From Geobacter metallireducens GS-15 (GTDB lineage: Bacteria > Desulfobacterota > Desulfuromonadia > Geobacterales > Geobacteraceae), in the NCBI RefSeq assembly GCF_000012925.1, contig NC_007517.1:1110001-1142000 (forward strand): a stretch of DNA of 32,000 bases, given 5' to 3'. This document shows, in pieces, positions 1 to 8,195 of the stretch. The notes below the pieces were generated by a model that made no database searches, was not told where the DNA came from, and worked only from the letters and a program-made list of their open reading frames with translations. How positions within the stretch are numbered: the stretch's first letter is position 1; each line of letters opens with the position of its first letter. A program made the translations under genes and the position numbers.

Positions 1-11
1 AATCGGGCCGG

Positions 12-1022
12 GTGTGGGGAGCTTTCCTTCTCTGCCTGCTCCTTGTGCCCTGGTCCCAGTCCCACGCAGGGGCCAAGCGGCTCCGGTTGGGGTATTTTCC
101 GAACATTACCCATGGGCAGGCCCTCTACGCGCGGGCAACCGGCGAACTGGAGAAAATGATGGGCGTCCCCATCGAGTGGATCCCCTTCAATGCCGGGCCG
201 TCGGTCATCGAAGCCCTGTTCGTCGATGCGCTTGATGCCGCGTTCATCGGCCCCAGTCCGACGATCAACGGGTACATAAAGTCCAAGGGGGAGAAATTCG
301 TCATTGTGGCGGGCGCTTCCAGTGGCGGAGCAGGGCTGGTGGTGCGAAAGGATTCGGGAATCGGGGGGGAAAAGGATTTTCACGGCAAGGTCATCGCCAC
401 GCCGCAACTGGGCAACACGCAGGACCTCGCCGCCCGTGCCTGGTTCGCAGCCAAGGGGTACAGGCTCAAGGAAACGGGAGGGACGGTTTCATTGGTTCCC
501 CTTTCCAACCCTGATCAACTGACCATGTTCAAGAAAAAGCAGATTGACGGGGCCTGGACCATCGAGCCGTGGCTCTCCCGTCTGGAACTGGAGGGTGGGG
601 GCCGTCTCTTTCTCGATGAGAAAAGCCTCTGGCCCGAGGGACGCTACGTGACCACCCATCTGGTCGTGCATAGAAAATTTCTGGCCGAGAACGAGGAGCT
701 GGTGAAAAAGCTGCTGACGGCCCATGTGGAACTCACCCAACGGATGAATGCCGACAAGGTGGCAACCGCCAGGCTCCTCAACGGGCAACTGAAGAAAGAC
801 ACAGGCAAGGAGTTGGAAGGCGAGGTCATCAGCCGGGCCCTCAGTCGTGTGGAATTTACCTGGGATCCCATCGCCCCGTCCATGGCGAAATTGGCTGAAA
901 TCGCCCATAGGATAAAATTTCTCAGGACAAGTCCCCGACTTGACGGAATCTACGAGCTCAACCCCTTGAATGCGGTGTTACGGCAGAAGAACCTGCCCGA
1001 GGTGAGTGATGGAGTTCGGTAA
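12..1022 (+). CDS. ABC transporter substrate-binding protein, NitT/TauT (nitrate/sulfonate/taurine) family. The start may be the GTG at 12 or lie just upstream of the window.
   Basis: 336-aa ORF. The hydrophobic N-terminus (FLLCLLLVPWSQSHA) looks like a signal peptide. 'RLRLGYFPNITHGQAL' and the overall layout are typical of SsuA/TauA-like binding proteins. It is followed by a cognate ATPase and permease. The frame is open back to base 1. Confidence 0.8.
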   Translation: MWGAFLLCLLLVPWSQSHAGAKRLRLGYFPNITHGQALYARATGELEKMMGVPIEWIPFNAGPSVIEALFVDALDAAFIGPSPTINGYIKSKGEKFVIVAGASSGGAGLVVRKDSGIGGEKDFHGKVIATPQLGNTQDLAARAWFAAKGYRLKETGGTVSLVPLSNPDQLTMFKKKQIDGAWTIEPWLSRLELEGGGRLFLDEKSLWPEGRYVTTHLVVHRKFLAENEELVKKLLTAHVELTQRMNADKVATARLLNGQLKKDTGKELEGEVISRALSRVEFTWDPIAPSMAKLAEIAHRIKFLRTSPRLDGIYELNPLNAVLRQKNLPEVSDGVR

Positions 1023-1845
1023 CCGAACGAAAACGCAAGCGCCACCGCCGCAAAATGTTTCGGCAAAACCATTGCGGGCGAAGCTGCTGCAGCTTACGAA
1101 TGTTTCGAAGACCTTCCAGAGTGTCACGCAGGCCGTGGAGGCGCTGGCACCCTCCAACCTGGAAATCGAGGAAGGGGAGTTCGTGGTATTCTTCGGCCCC
1201 TCCGGCTGCGGGAAGTCCACTCTCCTCGATATCATTGCCGGTTTCGAAACGCCCACCACCGGAGAAGTCCTCTTTGAAGGCAGCCCCGTCACCATGCCGG
1301 GCAGTGATCGCCTGATGATGTTCCAGGAACACACCTTGTTCCCGTGGCTCAACGTCGTCAGGAACGTCATGTACGGCCTGAAGCACAAACGGGAATTCCG
1401 GTTCCGCCTCAGGAAACAGCGCGAGACCGCACGCTCGTGGCTCAAGATGATCGGGTTGGAGGAATTCGAGACATCCCTGGTCCATGAGCTCTCAGGGGGG
1501 ATGAAGCAGCGGGTGGCGCTGGCCCGGGCCCTGGCCCCCGATCCGAAAGTGCTGCTTGTCGATGAGCCGTTTCCCGCCCTCGACGCCCTGGTCCGGACAA
1601 AGCTGTACGCCGATCTGCAGGACATCCTGGTCCGTACCGGCAAGACCATCATCTCCGTTACGCACGATCCGCGGGAGGCCGCGTGCCTGGCGGACCGCGT
1701 CCTGGTTTTCACGCCGCGGCCCGGCAGGGTCCAGAAGGAAATCCGCGTGAACCTGCCGCGGCCGAGGGATATCAACGATCAGGAAGTGGGTGAATACGCC
1801 AGCCGGATCATGGAAGAACTGGAGAACCCTCCCGATGAAAAGTGA
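1006..1845 (+). CDS. ABC transporter ATP-binding protein (NitT/TauT family)
   Basis: Walker A 'GPSGCGKST', ABC signature 'LSGGMKQRVALARAL', Walker B 'LLVDEPF'. GTG 1006 / ATG 1009 overlaps the end of the binding-protein gene, suggesting translational coupling. Confidence 0.9.
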   Translation: MMEFGNRTKTQAPPPQNVSAKPLRAKLLQLTNVSKTFQSVTQAVEALAPSNLEIEEGEFVVFFGPSGCGKSTLLDIIAGFETPTTGEVLFEGSPVTMPGSDRLMMFQEHTLFPWLNVVRNVMYGLKHKREFRFRLRKQRETARSWLKMIGLEEFETSLVHELSGGMKQRVALARALAPDPKVLLVDEPFPALDALVRTKLYADLQDILVRTGKTIISVTHDPREAACLADRVLVFTPRPGRVQKEIRVNLPRPRDINDQEVGEYASRIMEELENPPDEK

Positions 1846-2617
1846 GCAGACCAAAAGGGCAGCCATTGCCGTGGTGCTCTTCTACGTGCTGATTTTCGCC
1901 CTCTGGCAACTGCTGTTCACAGCCGGCATGATTCCGGAATACCTGTTCCCTTCTCCCGTCCAGGTGGCAAAGCGGTTGTGGGAACTGGGGGCGGACGGCT
2001 ATCTGCTTCCCAGTGTCGAGGCCACTCTCGTGCGGATGGGGAAGGGGTTCACCCTTGCGGCGGCAATCGGGCTGAGCATCGGCCTTGTCATGGGGGTCAG
2101 TCCCATAACCAATCTCTGTTTCAAGTCGCTCTTCCTCGGTCTTCAGACCCTGCCGACAGCGGCGTGGGTTCCGATCTCCCTCCTCATCTACGGATTGAGC
2201 GAGCGGGGGATCTATTTCGTAATTATCATGAGCTCTGTTCCGGCCATGGCCCTTGCCACGTCGAGCGGCATTCTCCAGATTCCCCCCCTCTACCTCCGGG
2301 CGGCGAAAACCCTGGGCACCCCCTGGTACGCAATGCCCGCGCGGGTGATCCTTCCCGCGGCGCTTCCTGCCATCGTTACGGGCCTCAAGCTGGGGTGGAC
2401 CCTGGGGTGGCACGGCGGCGTCTCCGCTGAACTGATCAAATCCACCATCGGCCTTGGTTTCCTGCTCTACATGGGACGCGAACTGAACGACGCGGCCCAG
2501 GTCATGGGTATCATGGTGGTGACGATTCTGTTCGGCCTCCTGCTTGACCGGTTTTTCTTCGGGATCATCGAGCAGCGGATCCGAATCCGCTGGGGGCTTG
2601 AGAAGAGGGCGGGGTAG
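1835..2617 (+). CDS. ABC transporter permease (NitT/TauT family)
   Basis: Multi-TM hydrophobic protein. ATG at 1835 overlaps the ATPase stop (ATGAAAAGTGA). The track ORF begins at 1790, but the internal Met 'MKSEQTKRAAIAVVLFYV' fits the operon geometry better. Confidence 0.85.
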   Translation: MKSEQTKRAAIAVVLFYVLIFALWQLLFTAGMIPEYLFPSPVQVAKRLWELGADGYLLPSVEATLVRMGKGFTLAAAIGLSIGLVMGVSPITNLCFKSLFLGLQTLPTAAWVPISLLIYGLSERGIYFVIIMSSVPAMALATSSGILQIPPLYLRAAKTLGTPWYAMPARVILPAALPAIVTGLKLGWTLGWHGGVSAELIKSTIGLGFLLYMGRELNDAAQVMGIMVVTILFGLLLDRFFFGIIEQRIRIRWGLEKRAG

Positions 2618-2644
2618 GTTTTGGGAGGACCAGTTACTTAGGCG

Positions 2645-3679
2645 TCAGATGCCGAGCTGGCGGCACGCCCACTCCGCCGTCCGCCGTACGTTCTCGTTAC
2701 CGTCATCGCACAGCTTCCGAATGGTGGAGTGGTGTCCGGGATCCTTGCCATTCACCATGGCCCGTATGACGTTGCATTTCCACATCCACAGCTTCTCCTT
2801 GCCGATGATCCAGAACATGGGCGACAGGATGTCTGAAACGGCATGTTCGTCCATCTCCGCAATCTTCTCGAGGGAAATGTGCCGTGACAGTTCCTCCAGC
2901 CGCGGGTACTCCTCCTTTTCCTCCCATCTTCCCTTGTTCATGGGGCATGCATTCTGGCACTCGTCGCAGCCGTACAGCCAGGTGCCCATGCTTTCCCGCA
3001 GAGGCTCGGGGGCTTCGCCGGACGGGCTGTAGGTGAGCCGGGCGATGCACGTACCCATGTCTGTCAGAAACGGCGCCTTCAGCGCACCGGTGGGACAGGC
3101 GTCAATGCATTTGGAACAGCCGGGCGGACAGGACGGAAGCGTATTCGGGCTCTCCCGGTATTCCAGTTCCCTGTCGATGAGCCACGTTTCCAGCCACACC
3201 CACGAGCCGTGCTCGGTGTAGAGGAAGTTATTGTTCCGGATCACCCCCAAATTCGCCTGTGCTGCGCAAAGCCGCGCCGGGGCGATCCCGAAAACGTCTT
3301 TTGCGAACCTTATCCCTTCCGCAGCGAGAAATGCCTCGAACCCGGCCATGCCCGCATATTCCTGGGAATAAGCGGGCTGCCTGTATCCTCCGTACAGGTA
3401 GAGCTTGCCGATGTGCCTATCCGCCCGGTTCGGAATCCGGTACTTCCCGTACCGCATGGCGCAGACGATGACCGACTTTCCCCACTCGTGAGCTGCCTGC
3501 GGTGTCCCGAGCTTGGAAAGGAAGTCGTAAAAAGGCTTCGATCGGGGAAATGCAGCCGCACGCTCTTCGAGCCGCGAGACATAGTCCGCTAAGGCATCTA
3601 TTTTCACGATCCCGCAGTGGTCGAAACCGGCCTCCATCGCCTTCTCTCTGATGTTTAGCGCAAGATTGTCAGTACTCAT
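2645..3679 (-). CDS. Epoxyqueuosine-reductase-like (QueG / reductive-dehalogenase superfamily) 4Fe-4S protein
   Basis: Two ferredoxin-type cluster motifs, 'CSKCIDACPTGAL' and 'YGCDECQNACPMNKG', flank 'CIARLTY'. This is the same order as the CxxCxxCxxxCP ... C ... YGCDxCQxxCPWN layout of QueG. The C-terminal tail is HEAT-like. Assignment to QueG itself rather than a paralogue is uncertain. Confidence 0.6.
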   Translation of the reverse strand: MSTDNLALNIREKAMEAGFDHCGIVKIDALADYVSRLEERAAAFPRSKPFYDFLSKLGTPQAAHEWGKSVIVCAMRYGKYRIPNRADRHIGKLYLYGGYRQPAYSQEYAGMAGFEAFLAAEGIRFAKDVFGIAPARLCAAQANLGVIRNNNFLYTEHGSWVWLETWLIDRELEYRESPNTLPSCPPGCSKCIDACPTGALKAPFLTDMGTCIARLTYSPSGEAPEPLRESMGTWLYGCDECQNACPMNKGRWEEKEEYPRLEELSRHISLEKIAEMDEHAVSDILSPMFWIIGKEKLWMWKCNVIRAMVNGKDPGHHSTIRKLCDDGNENVRRTAEWACRQLGI

Positions 3680-3778
3680 GTGTAATCTCCGGAAATGAGA
3701 ATGGTCTACTGCCCGGTCCCCAATTCTTCAGTACGACGGCTGTTGACCTGTTCGGGCGGCTTTTTCGCGTGTGGTTTA

Positions 3779-4492
3779 TTAAAGTTCAGAAAGTTGATTC
3801 AGGACTTCGGGAAGCGAGTGAAGAGTTTCAAGAAGAAAGCACCTCTGGTGTTCCTGCAATTCGAGCCGCTTTTCATCCGAAACTGTCTCATGAGCCCATT
3901 CAAGATGATAGGGGATATGGGCGGCGTATGCGCCGACCTTGAGCGCAGGCAAGATGTCGGAAGGGACTGAATTACCAACCATCATAAATTTATCCCCGGC
4001 GATGCCATATTTATTCAATATCCGTTCATAGATGTGGTCGTCTTTTTTCGCGACTATTTCCAGTTGATGAAAATAGTTGCCTAACCCCGATCGAGCTACT
4101 TTTGCTTCCTGATGGAACAGGTCCCCTTTGGTGAGCAGAATGAGTCTGTATGTCCGCGATAATAGATCGACGGTTTCTTTTGCTCCATCCAACAGATCAA
4201 TGGGCGCATTCATCATTTCTTTGCCCAATTCTAAAATGTTACGTATTTTCTCAGCCGGGATTCTATCCTCCGTGACATCCAACGCAGTTTCTATCAATGA
4301 AAGAGTGAATCCCTTTATCCCATATCCGAAATGCTTTAAATTGCTTACCGCTTTGTCAGAGATTAAGTCATGTAGCTTGTCATTGTCATGATATCCCGCA
4401 AGGAGTTCTTGGAATTTCATCACTGAAGACTGGAAAAGGGGAGCTTCATGCCACAGAGTGTCATCTCCGTCAAAAGCTATTATTTCGATCAT
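3779..4492 (-). CDS. HAD-superfamily hydrolase
   Basis: N-terminal HAD motif I 'IAFDGDDTLWHE', motif II-like 'LLTKG', C-terminal 'MVGNSVPSDI' (motif IV-like). RBS AGAGGGAG lies upstream of the ATG. The coding sequence is AT-richer than its flanks. Confidence 0.8.
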   Translation of the reverse strand: MIEIIAFDGDDTLWHEAPLFQSSVMKFQELLAGYHDNDKLHDLISDKAVSNLKHFGYGIKGFTLSLIETALDVTEDRIPAEKIRNILELGKEMMNAPIDLLDGAKETVDLLSRTYRLILLTKGDLFHQEAKVARSGLGNYFHQLEIVAKKDDHIYERILNKYGIAGDKFMMVGNSVPSDILPALKVGAYAAHIPYHLEWAHETVSDEKRLELQEHQRCFLLETLHSLPEVLNQLSEL

Positions 4493-4586
4493 AATGCTCC
4501 CTCTATTTGGTTTTTATAACGGCTATGAGGCGCAGCGGCGGAGCGAAGCGGAGACCGGCTGTCGCCGAGTGTTGGACAATCCTATA

Positions 4587-5294
4587 TTACGGCTCAATCG
4601 TTTCTTGTGCTGGAACGGCTGCTTCAATGAACTCCAAACATTTAGGGCATTTTTTCGCAGATAGTGATATCCCCTCCCCACACATCGGACATTTCTTTTG
4701 AGTAAAATGATGTAGCGCTGACTTAAGGCTAGTGTCTTTCTGCCTTGATGAACGCTCTAAGTCATTAATTGCCCTGACTATGTCTTTATTTGAATTGGAA
4801 AATGAATCCATAGAGATCGCCAAGTACTGGGATAGATTAATTTGGCACAGTTTCTCGGTAAGGACATTTCTGTCATTTCTAAACTTGATTGTTATTTTTA
4901 AAATTCCATCTTTTTCTTTTAACTCCTGCCACTTTGGCAAACCTAATTCATATTGTAAGACCCTATGAGGGGCCAGATACGGGATCCCGCTCTGTAACCT
5001 TTCACGAGGCTGAAATCCAAAAACATGCTGCTTCAATCGTTCCCACTTAACTTCGTCTTGAATATCTACTTTTACATCGTGAGCTGCTGTCATTCCGGCA
5101 TTTCCAACCACAAGTTTTACGTAGTGATGGGATGGTTCAATGTCCACGTAAACAAGTGGATCTCTTGAGCTTTTGCTTTCTTCCACAATAGCATTGGTGA
5201 GTTTTACATATCTGGATGTTAGGAAGGCCAAAATTACAGTCGCCGAGGTTGTCACCAAGGCGCAAACAATATCGATGATGTCCTTGTAGTCCAT
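4587..5294 (-). CDS. Hypothetical protein with one N-terminal TM helix and a C-terminal zinc ribbon
   Basis: 235-aa ORF with a hydrophobic segment 'IIDIVCALVTTSATVILAFLTS' near the N-terminus and a C-terminal 'CPMCGEGISLSAKKCPKC' CxxC-x10-CxxC ribbon. I recognise no family for the central ~150 aa. It starts 39 nt after the stop of the DAC-like gene on the same strand. Confidence 0.6.
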   Translation of the reverse strand: MDYKDIIDIVCALVTTSATVILAFLTSRYVKLTNAIVEESKSSRDPLVYVDIEPSHHYVKLVVGNAGMTAAHDVKVDIQDEVKWERLKQHVFGFQPRERLQSGIPYLAPHRVLQYELGLPKWQELKEKDGILKITIKFRNDRNVLTEKLCQINLSQYLAISMDSFSNSNKDIVRAINDLERSSRQKDTSLKSALHHFTQKKCPMCGEGISLSAKKCPKCLEFIEAAVPAQETIEP

Positions 5295-5333
5295 CTTTTA
5301 TCCTTTCGGTCCAACGTCGAGAGCACAGCGGGT

Positions 5334-5716
5334 TCACTGCTGTTGCGCTTGGTTGTCATGGATTGAATTTGTTGAAGGCGTAGCCTTTTGCGCTCCCTCT
5401 GCTTCTAATTGTTGTGACTTGGCTAGTAGGCTCCTATTGATTCGCTCTTTTCTACGACGCTGGCGAACAAACTCATCGTACTGCAGCCTAATACTATCCC
5501 AATAGACTAAATCATCTCCCACCCTTGTCATCACCCGAACATCACCATCTTGGGAAACAACAAATCCAACGCTCCCCGGCACCTGAAAGCAGTAACGAAT
5601 CATAGATCGATGCCGGGTTCCGAAACGTTCATAGTTCTCAACGCGGAGACTTTGTGGCGTGGCTGTTGCAGTTGTTGAACGACAAATTCTTTGGGGGGGA
5701 GCTTGATGAAGGATTT
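5334..5716 (-). pseudogene. C-terminal fragment of the IS-interrupted DAC-like (DisA_N-like) gene
   Basis: The frame is open from the IS junction (5716) down to the stop at 5334. It encodes '...ENYERFGTRHRSMIRYCFQVPGSVGFVVSQDGDVRVMT...', which matches the DAC 'GTRHRAA ... VVSEETGxIS' signature. The track shows only the Met-initiated part (5334..5603). Confidence 0.75.
5709..5716. repeat. Target-site duplication (left copy), AAGGATTT
   Basis: Identical 8-mer immediately outside both IS termini (5709-5716 and 7089-7096). 8 bp is the usual ISL3 duplication length. Confidence 0.85.
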
Positions 5717-5738
5717 GCCTCGTCCGCAGAATCTGTGG
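5717..5738. repeat. IS left terminal inverted repeat
   Basis: GCCTCGTCCGCAGAATCTGTGG, compared with the reverse complement of the right end, GGCTCTTTAGCAGAATCTGTGG. The inner 13 nt are identical. Confidence 0.8.
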
Positions 5739-5828
5739 GTAGTTGGCTGAAAAAATAAGGGCATTGCCCCTCCGTGAAGGATAAGATTGTTTTTGCGAGA
5801 AACGATCAAGTCCGACACGGGAGAAGCA

Positions 5829-7082
5829 ATGCTTATCAAGACTGTACTGAACAAGTTCGAGCGTTTCAAGTCCTTCATTTACGGAGATTGCCGACTGGCG
5901 AAAGTCGGCGGCTCAGAAGCACTGGTCATTGACATCAAGGCTCGTCGCAACAGCAAGCCCGAATGCCCGGAATGTGGCAAGCGAGGCAAGACATACGACA
6001 CGCAACCGGCCCGACTGTTCGAGTATGTGCCGATCTGGGCGTTCAAGGTCTTCTTTCGCTACGCTCCCCGTCGGGTTCTGTGCCCAATCCATGGGGTAAA
6101 GGTTGAATCCCTCCCCTGGGGGTATGGCAAAGAGCAAATGACGATCTCGTACCAGGTCTATCTTGCCCGGTGGGCTCGGCGACTCTCCTGGAAGGAAGTT
6201 GCCGAAATCTTTAAGACCAGTTGGGACAGCATCTTTCGGGCGGTGCAGTATGCTGTCGATTACGGCCTGGCAAACAGAAACCTTGATGGCGTTACGGAAA
6301 TCGGTGTTGATGAAATTGCCGTCTTCAAGGGCCATCAGTATCTTACGATGGTCTATCAGCTCAATGCCGGCGTCAGGCGTCTTCTCTGGTGTGGTCCGCA
6401 ACGTCGGATAAGAACGCTACTGCGCTTCTTTCGGGAATTCGGCAAAGAACGCAGCGCCAAGCTCAAGTATGTCTGCAGCGACATGTGGGCACCGTATCTC
6501 AAGGTTATCGCCAAGCGGGCACCCAATGCCGTGAACATCCTCGACCGCTTCCACATCATGCGGAAGTTTAACGAAGCGATTGACGAGGTTCGGCGCACCG
6601 AAGCCAAGGAGTTCAAGGCCGCCAAGCAGGAGAACGTCCTGGAAAAGGGCCGTTGGTTGCTGCTGAAACGGCCGGAAAATCTGTCCGAGAAGCAGACGTC
6701 ACGATTGGGAGATTTGCTCAAGCTCAACCTCTCATCAATCAAGGCATATCTGCTGCGCGAGGACTTTCAGCAGTTCTGGGACTACCAGCGGTCTGACTTT
6801 GCTGGCAAGTTCCTCGACGACTGGGTCATCAGGACAATGCAAACTGACCTGGAACCGATGAAGAAGGTTGCCAGGATGTTACGCAACCACAAACCGATGA
6901 TTCTCAACTGGTTCAAGGCAAAAGGCCGACTTTCCAGCGGCGCGGTAGAGGGTCTGAACCTCAAAGCAAAACTGACTATCAGAAAAGCGTACGGTTTCCG
7001 AACCATCAAGTGCCTGCAAGTGGCGCTATATCACACACTTGGCGACTTGCCAGAACCCCTGTGTCACCACAGATTCTGCTAA
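5829..7082 (+). CDS. ISL3-family transposase
   Basis: About 417 aa from 'MLIKTVLNKFERFKSF'. It has the N-terminal zinc finger 'CPECGKRG' and a long DDE-type body ('GVDEIAVFKGHQYLTMV', 'DRFHIMRKFNEAIDEVRR') typical of ISL3 transposases. The stop codon lies inside the right IR. The track ORF starts at 5787. Confidence 0.9.
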   Translation: MLIKTVLNKFERFKSFIYGDCRLAKVGGSEALVIDIKARRNSKPECPECGKRGKTYDTQPARLFEYVPIWAFKVFFRYAPRRVLCPIHGVKVESLPWGYGKEQMTISYQVYLARWARRLSWKEVAEIFKTSWDSIFRAVQYAVDYGLANRNLDGVTEIGVDEIAVFKGHQYLTMVYQLNAGVRRLLWCGPQRRIRTLLRFFREFGKERSAKLKYVCSDMWAPYLKVIAKRAPNAVNILDRFHIMRKFNEAIDEVRRTEAKEFKAAKQENVLEKGRWLLLKRPENLSEKQTSRLGDLLKLNLSSIKAYLLREDFQQFWDYQRSDFAGKFLDDWVIRTMQTDLEPMKKVARMLRNHKPMILNWFKAKGRLSSGAVEGLNLKAKLTIRKAYGFRTIKCLQVALYHTLGDLPEPLCHHRFC

Positions 7083-8195
7083 AGAGCCAAGGATTTCGAC
7101 ACCAAAAGCTTTAACTTCCAGATCAAAATTTAATAGCACCAACCCGTCAACCCTTGACAGCAAAGATACAAACCAGATTGCCCCATCTATTTCGCTGTTA
7201 CTATCATTCAACTCGTCACTTGAAATACTTTCATCTAGATGAAGAACCAACGGCATAGTTTCGGCTTCAGGATCATCCAGTATGTCAATTATCTCAGATT
7301 CTGCTACATCCTTTTGTATCTGGTGAACTGCTCTGTGGACAAGTGCAGTTCTAAGTCTATCGTACTGTAAGTTGTACTTTATGTTCAGTCCATCATAAAT
7401 GGTGTCTGGCGTCATTAACAATGCACCACCATGGTGAAAACCACGCATACGCAGGAGTATTCTGCATAGTGTAGCTACCCAATCTGATTCAAAAGAGGCA
7501 CGCCAGCCAGATATATCGTCGTAGTACTCAGGCCCTAACTCTTCTCTGACTTTTTCCATGAATTTTGTTACCGCAGGTTGAAAATGTTTTCTAATCGGGC
7601 CATAACGAAGCACGTCGTGAGCCTCAGTTATTATTGACTCCACATTCAGCTCAGCTATTCTGTCATAGCCCTTGTACGCAGCGAGATGCCCAATCCCTAA
7701 TATGCTTGCCTGAAAAAGTCCTGGTCGTTCAGGACCACTCTCCGCATCAAAATTTAAATAATCAAAGTACCTGTTACCTTGGTCTAAAAGCCCCCAGATG
7801 AATAATTTGTTGTTATGATCGTGATAAACAGCAAATGAAGATGTACGAGGATCTGACGCCTTGGCAATTTTGACTAGAGAAGAAACAGAGAACGCTACCC
7901 TCTGCCCCAAGGGGATAAAACTCCACCTATCTTTAACGATTCGTTCCGGTGGTTTCGGGTCTGGATTTTCTGGATTGATGTAAACAATGTAACAATTAAT
8001 AGGCTGTGATTCTTCCGTCTTCAGGCTGGCAAAATACAGAGTTTGAAATAACTCTGTAAGCACAACTAGAGGTGGGGCAAGGAGTTTACGCTTCTTTAAT
8101 TCGTTTTTGACGATATGTGCGAGATGAGAGGGAGTCTTATGTTTAGATGCCATCAGTATTCCTTGCTCTGAATATTTGGACAACTTCTTATTCAC
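7026..8195 (-). CDS. N-terminal part of a sensor + DAC-like (DisA_N-like) protein, truncated by the IS. The native sequence ends at 7089; the last ~20 codons are IS-derived.
   Basis: The ORF carries 'HHGGALLMT' (the GALIVI-like DAC motif) and 'VDGLVLLNFDLEVKAFGVEIL' (the position of the DAC 'HDGAVII..I.AA' motif). It then runs into the IS ('GSLAESVVTQGFWQVAKCVI*'). The likely true start is ATG 8153 ('MASKHKTPSHL'), preceded by AAGGAA, rather than GTG 8195. Confidence 0.75.
   Translation of the reverse strand: MNKKLSKYSEQGILMASKHKTPSHLAHIVKNELKKRKLLAPPLVVLTELFQTLYFASLKTEESQPINCYIVYINPENPDPKPPERIVKDRWSFIPLGQRVAFSVSSLVKIAKASDPRTSSFAVYHDHNNKLFIWGLLDQGNRYFDYLNFDAESGPERPGLFQASILGIGHLAAYKGYDRIAELNVESIITEAHDVLRYGPIRKHFQPAVTKFMEKVREELGPEYYDDISGWRASFESDWVATLCRILLRMRGFHHGGALLMTPDTIYDGLNIKYNLQYDRLRTALVHRAVHQIQKDVAESEIIDILDDPEAETMPLVLHLDESISSDELNDSNSEIDGAIWFVSLLSRVDGLVLLNFDLEVKAFGVEILGSLAESVVTQGFWQVAKCVI
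7067..7088. repeat. IS right terminal inverted repeat
   Basis: CCACAGATTCTGCTAAAGAGCC, the reverse complement partner of 5717-5738. Confidence 0.8.
7089..7096. repeat. Target-site duplication (right copy), AAGGATTT
   Basis: Identical to 5709-5716. Confidence 0.85.

Larger units (their letters stand above)
5717..7088 (+). mobile_element. ISL3-family insertion sequence, 1372 bp, apparently intact
   Basis: Single transposase ORF bounded by 22-bp imperfect terminal inverted repeats (18/22 matches). The right end reads GGCTCTTTA... on the reverse complement, as is typical of ISL3 ends. It is flanked by the 8-bp direct repeat AAGGATTT. Confidence 0.85.

Noticed and set aside
5600-5878. 92-aa minus-strand ORF spanning the left IS end
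   Set aside because: It crosses the IS/host junction at 5716/5717 and is out of frame with the DAC-like fragment. It is an artefact of the insertion.
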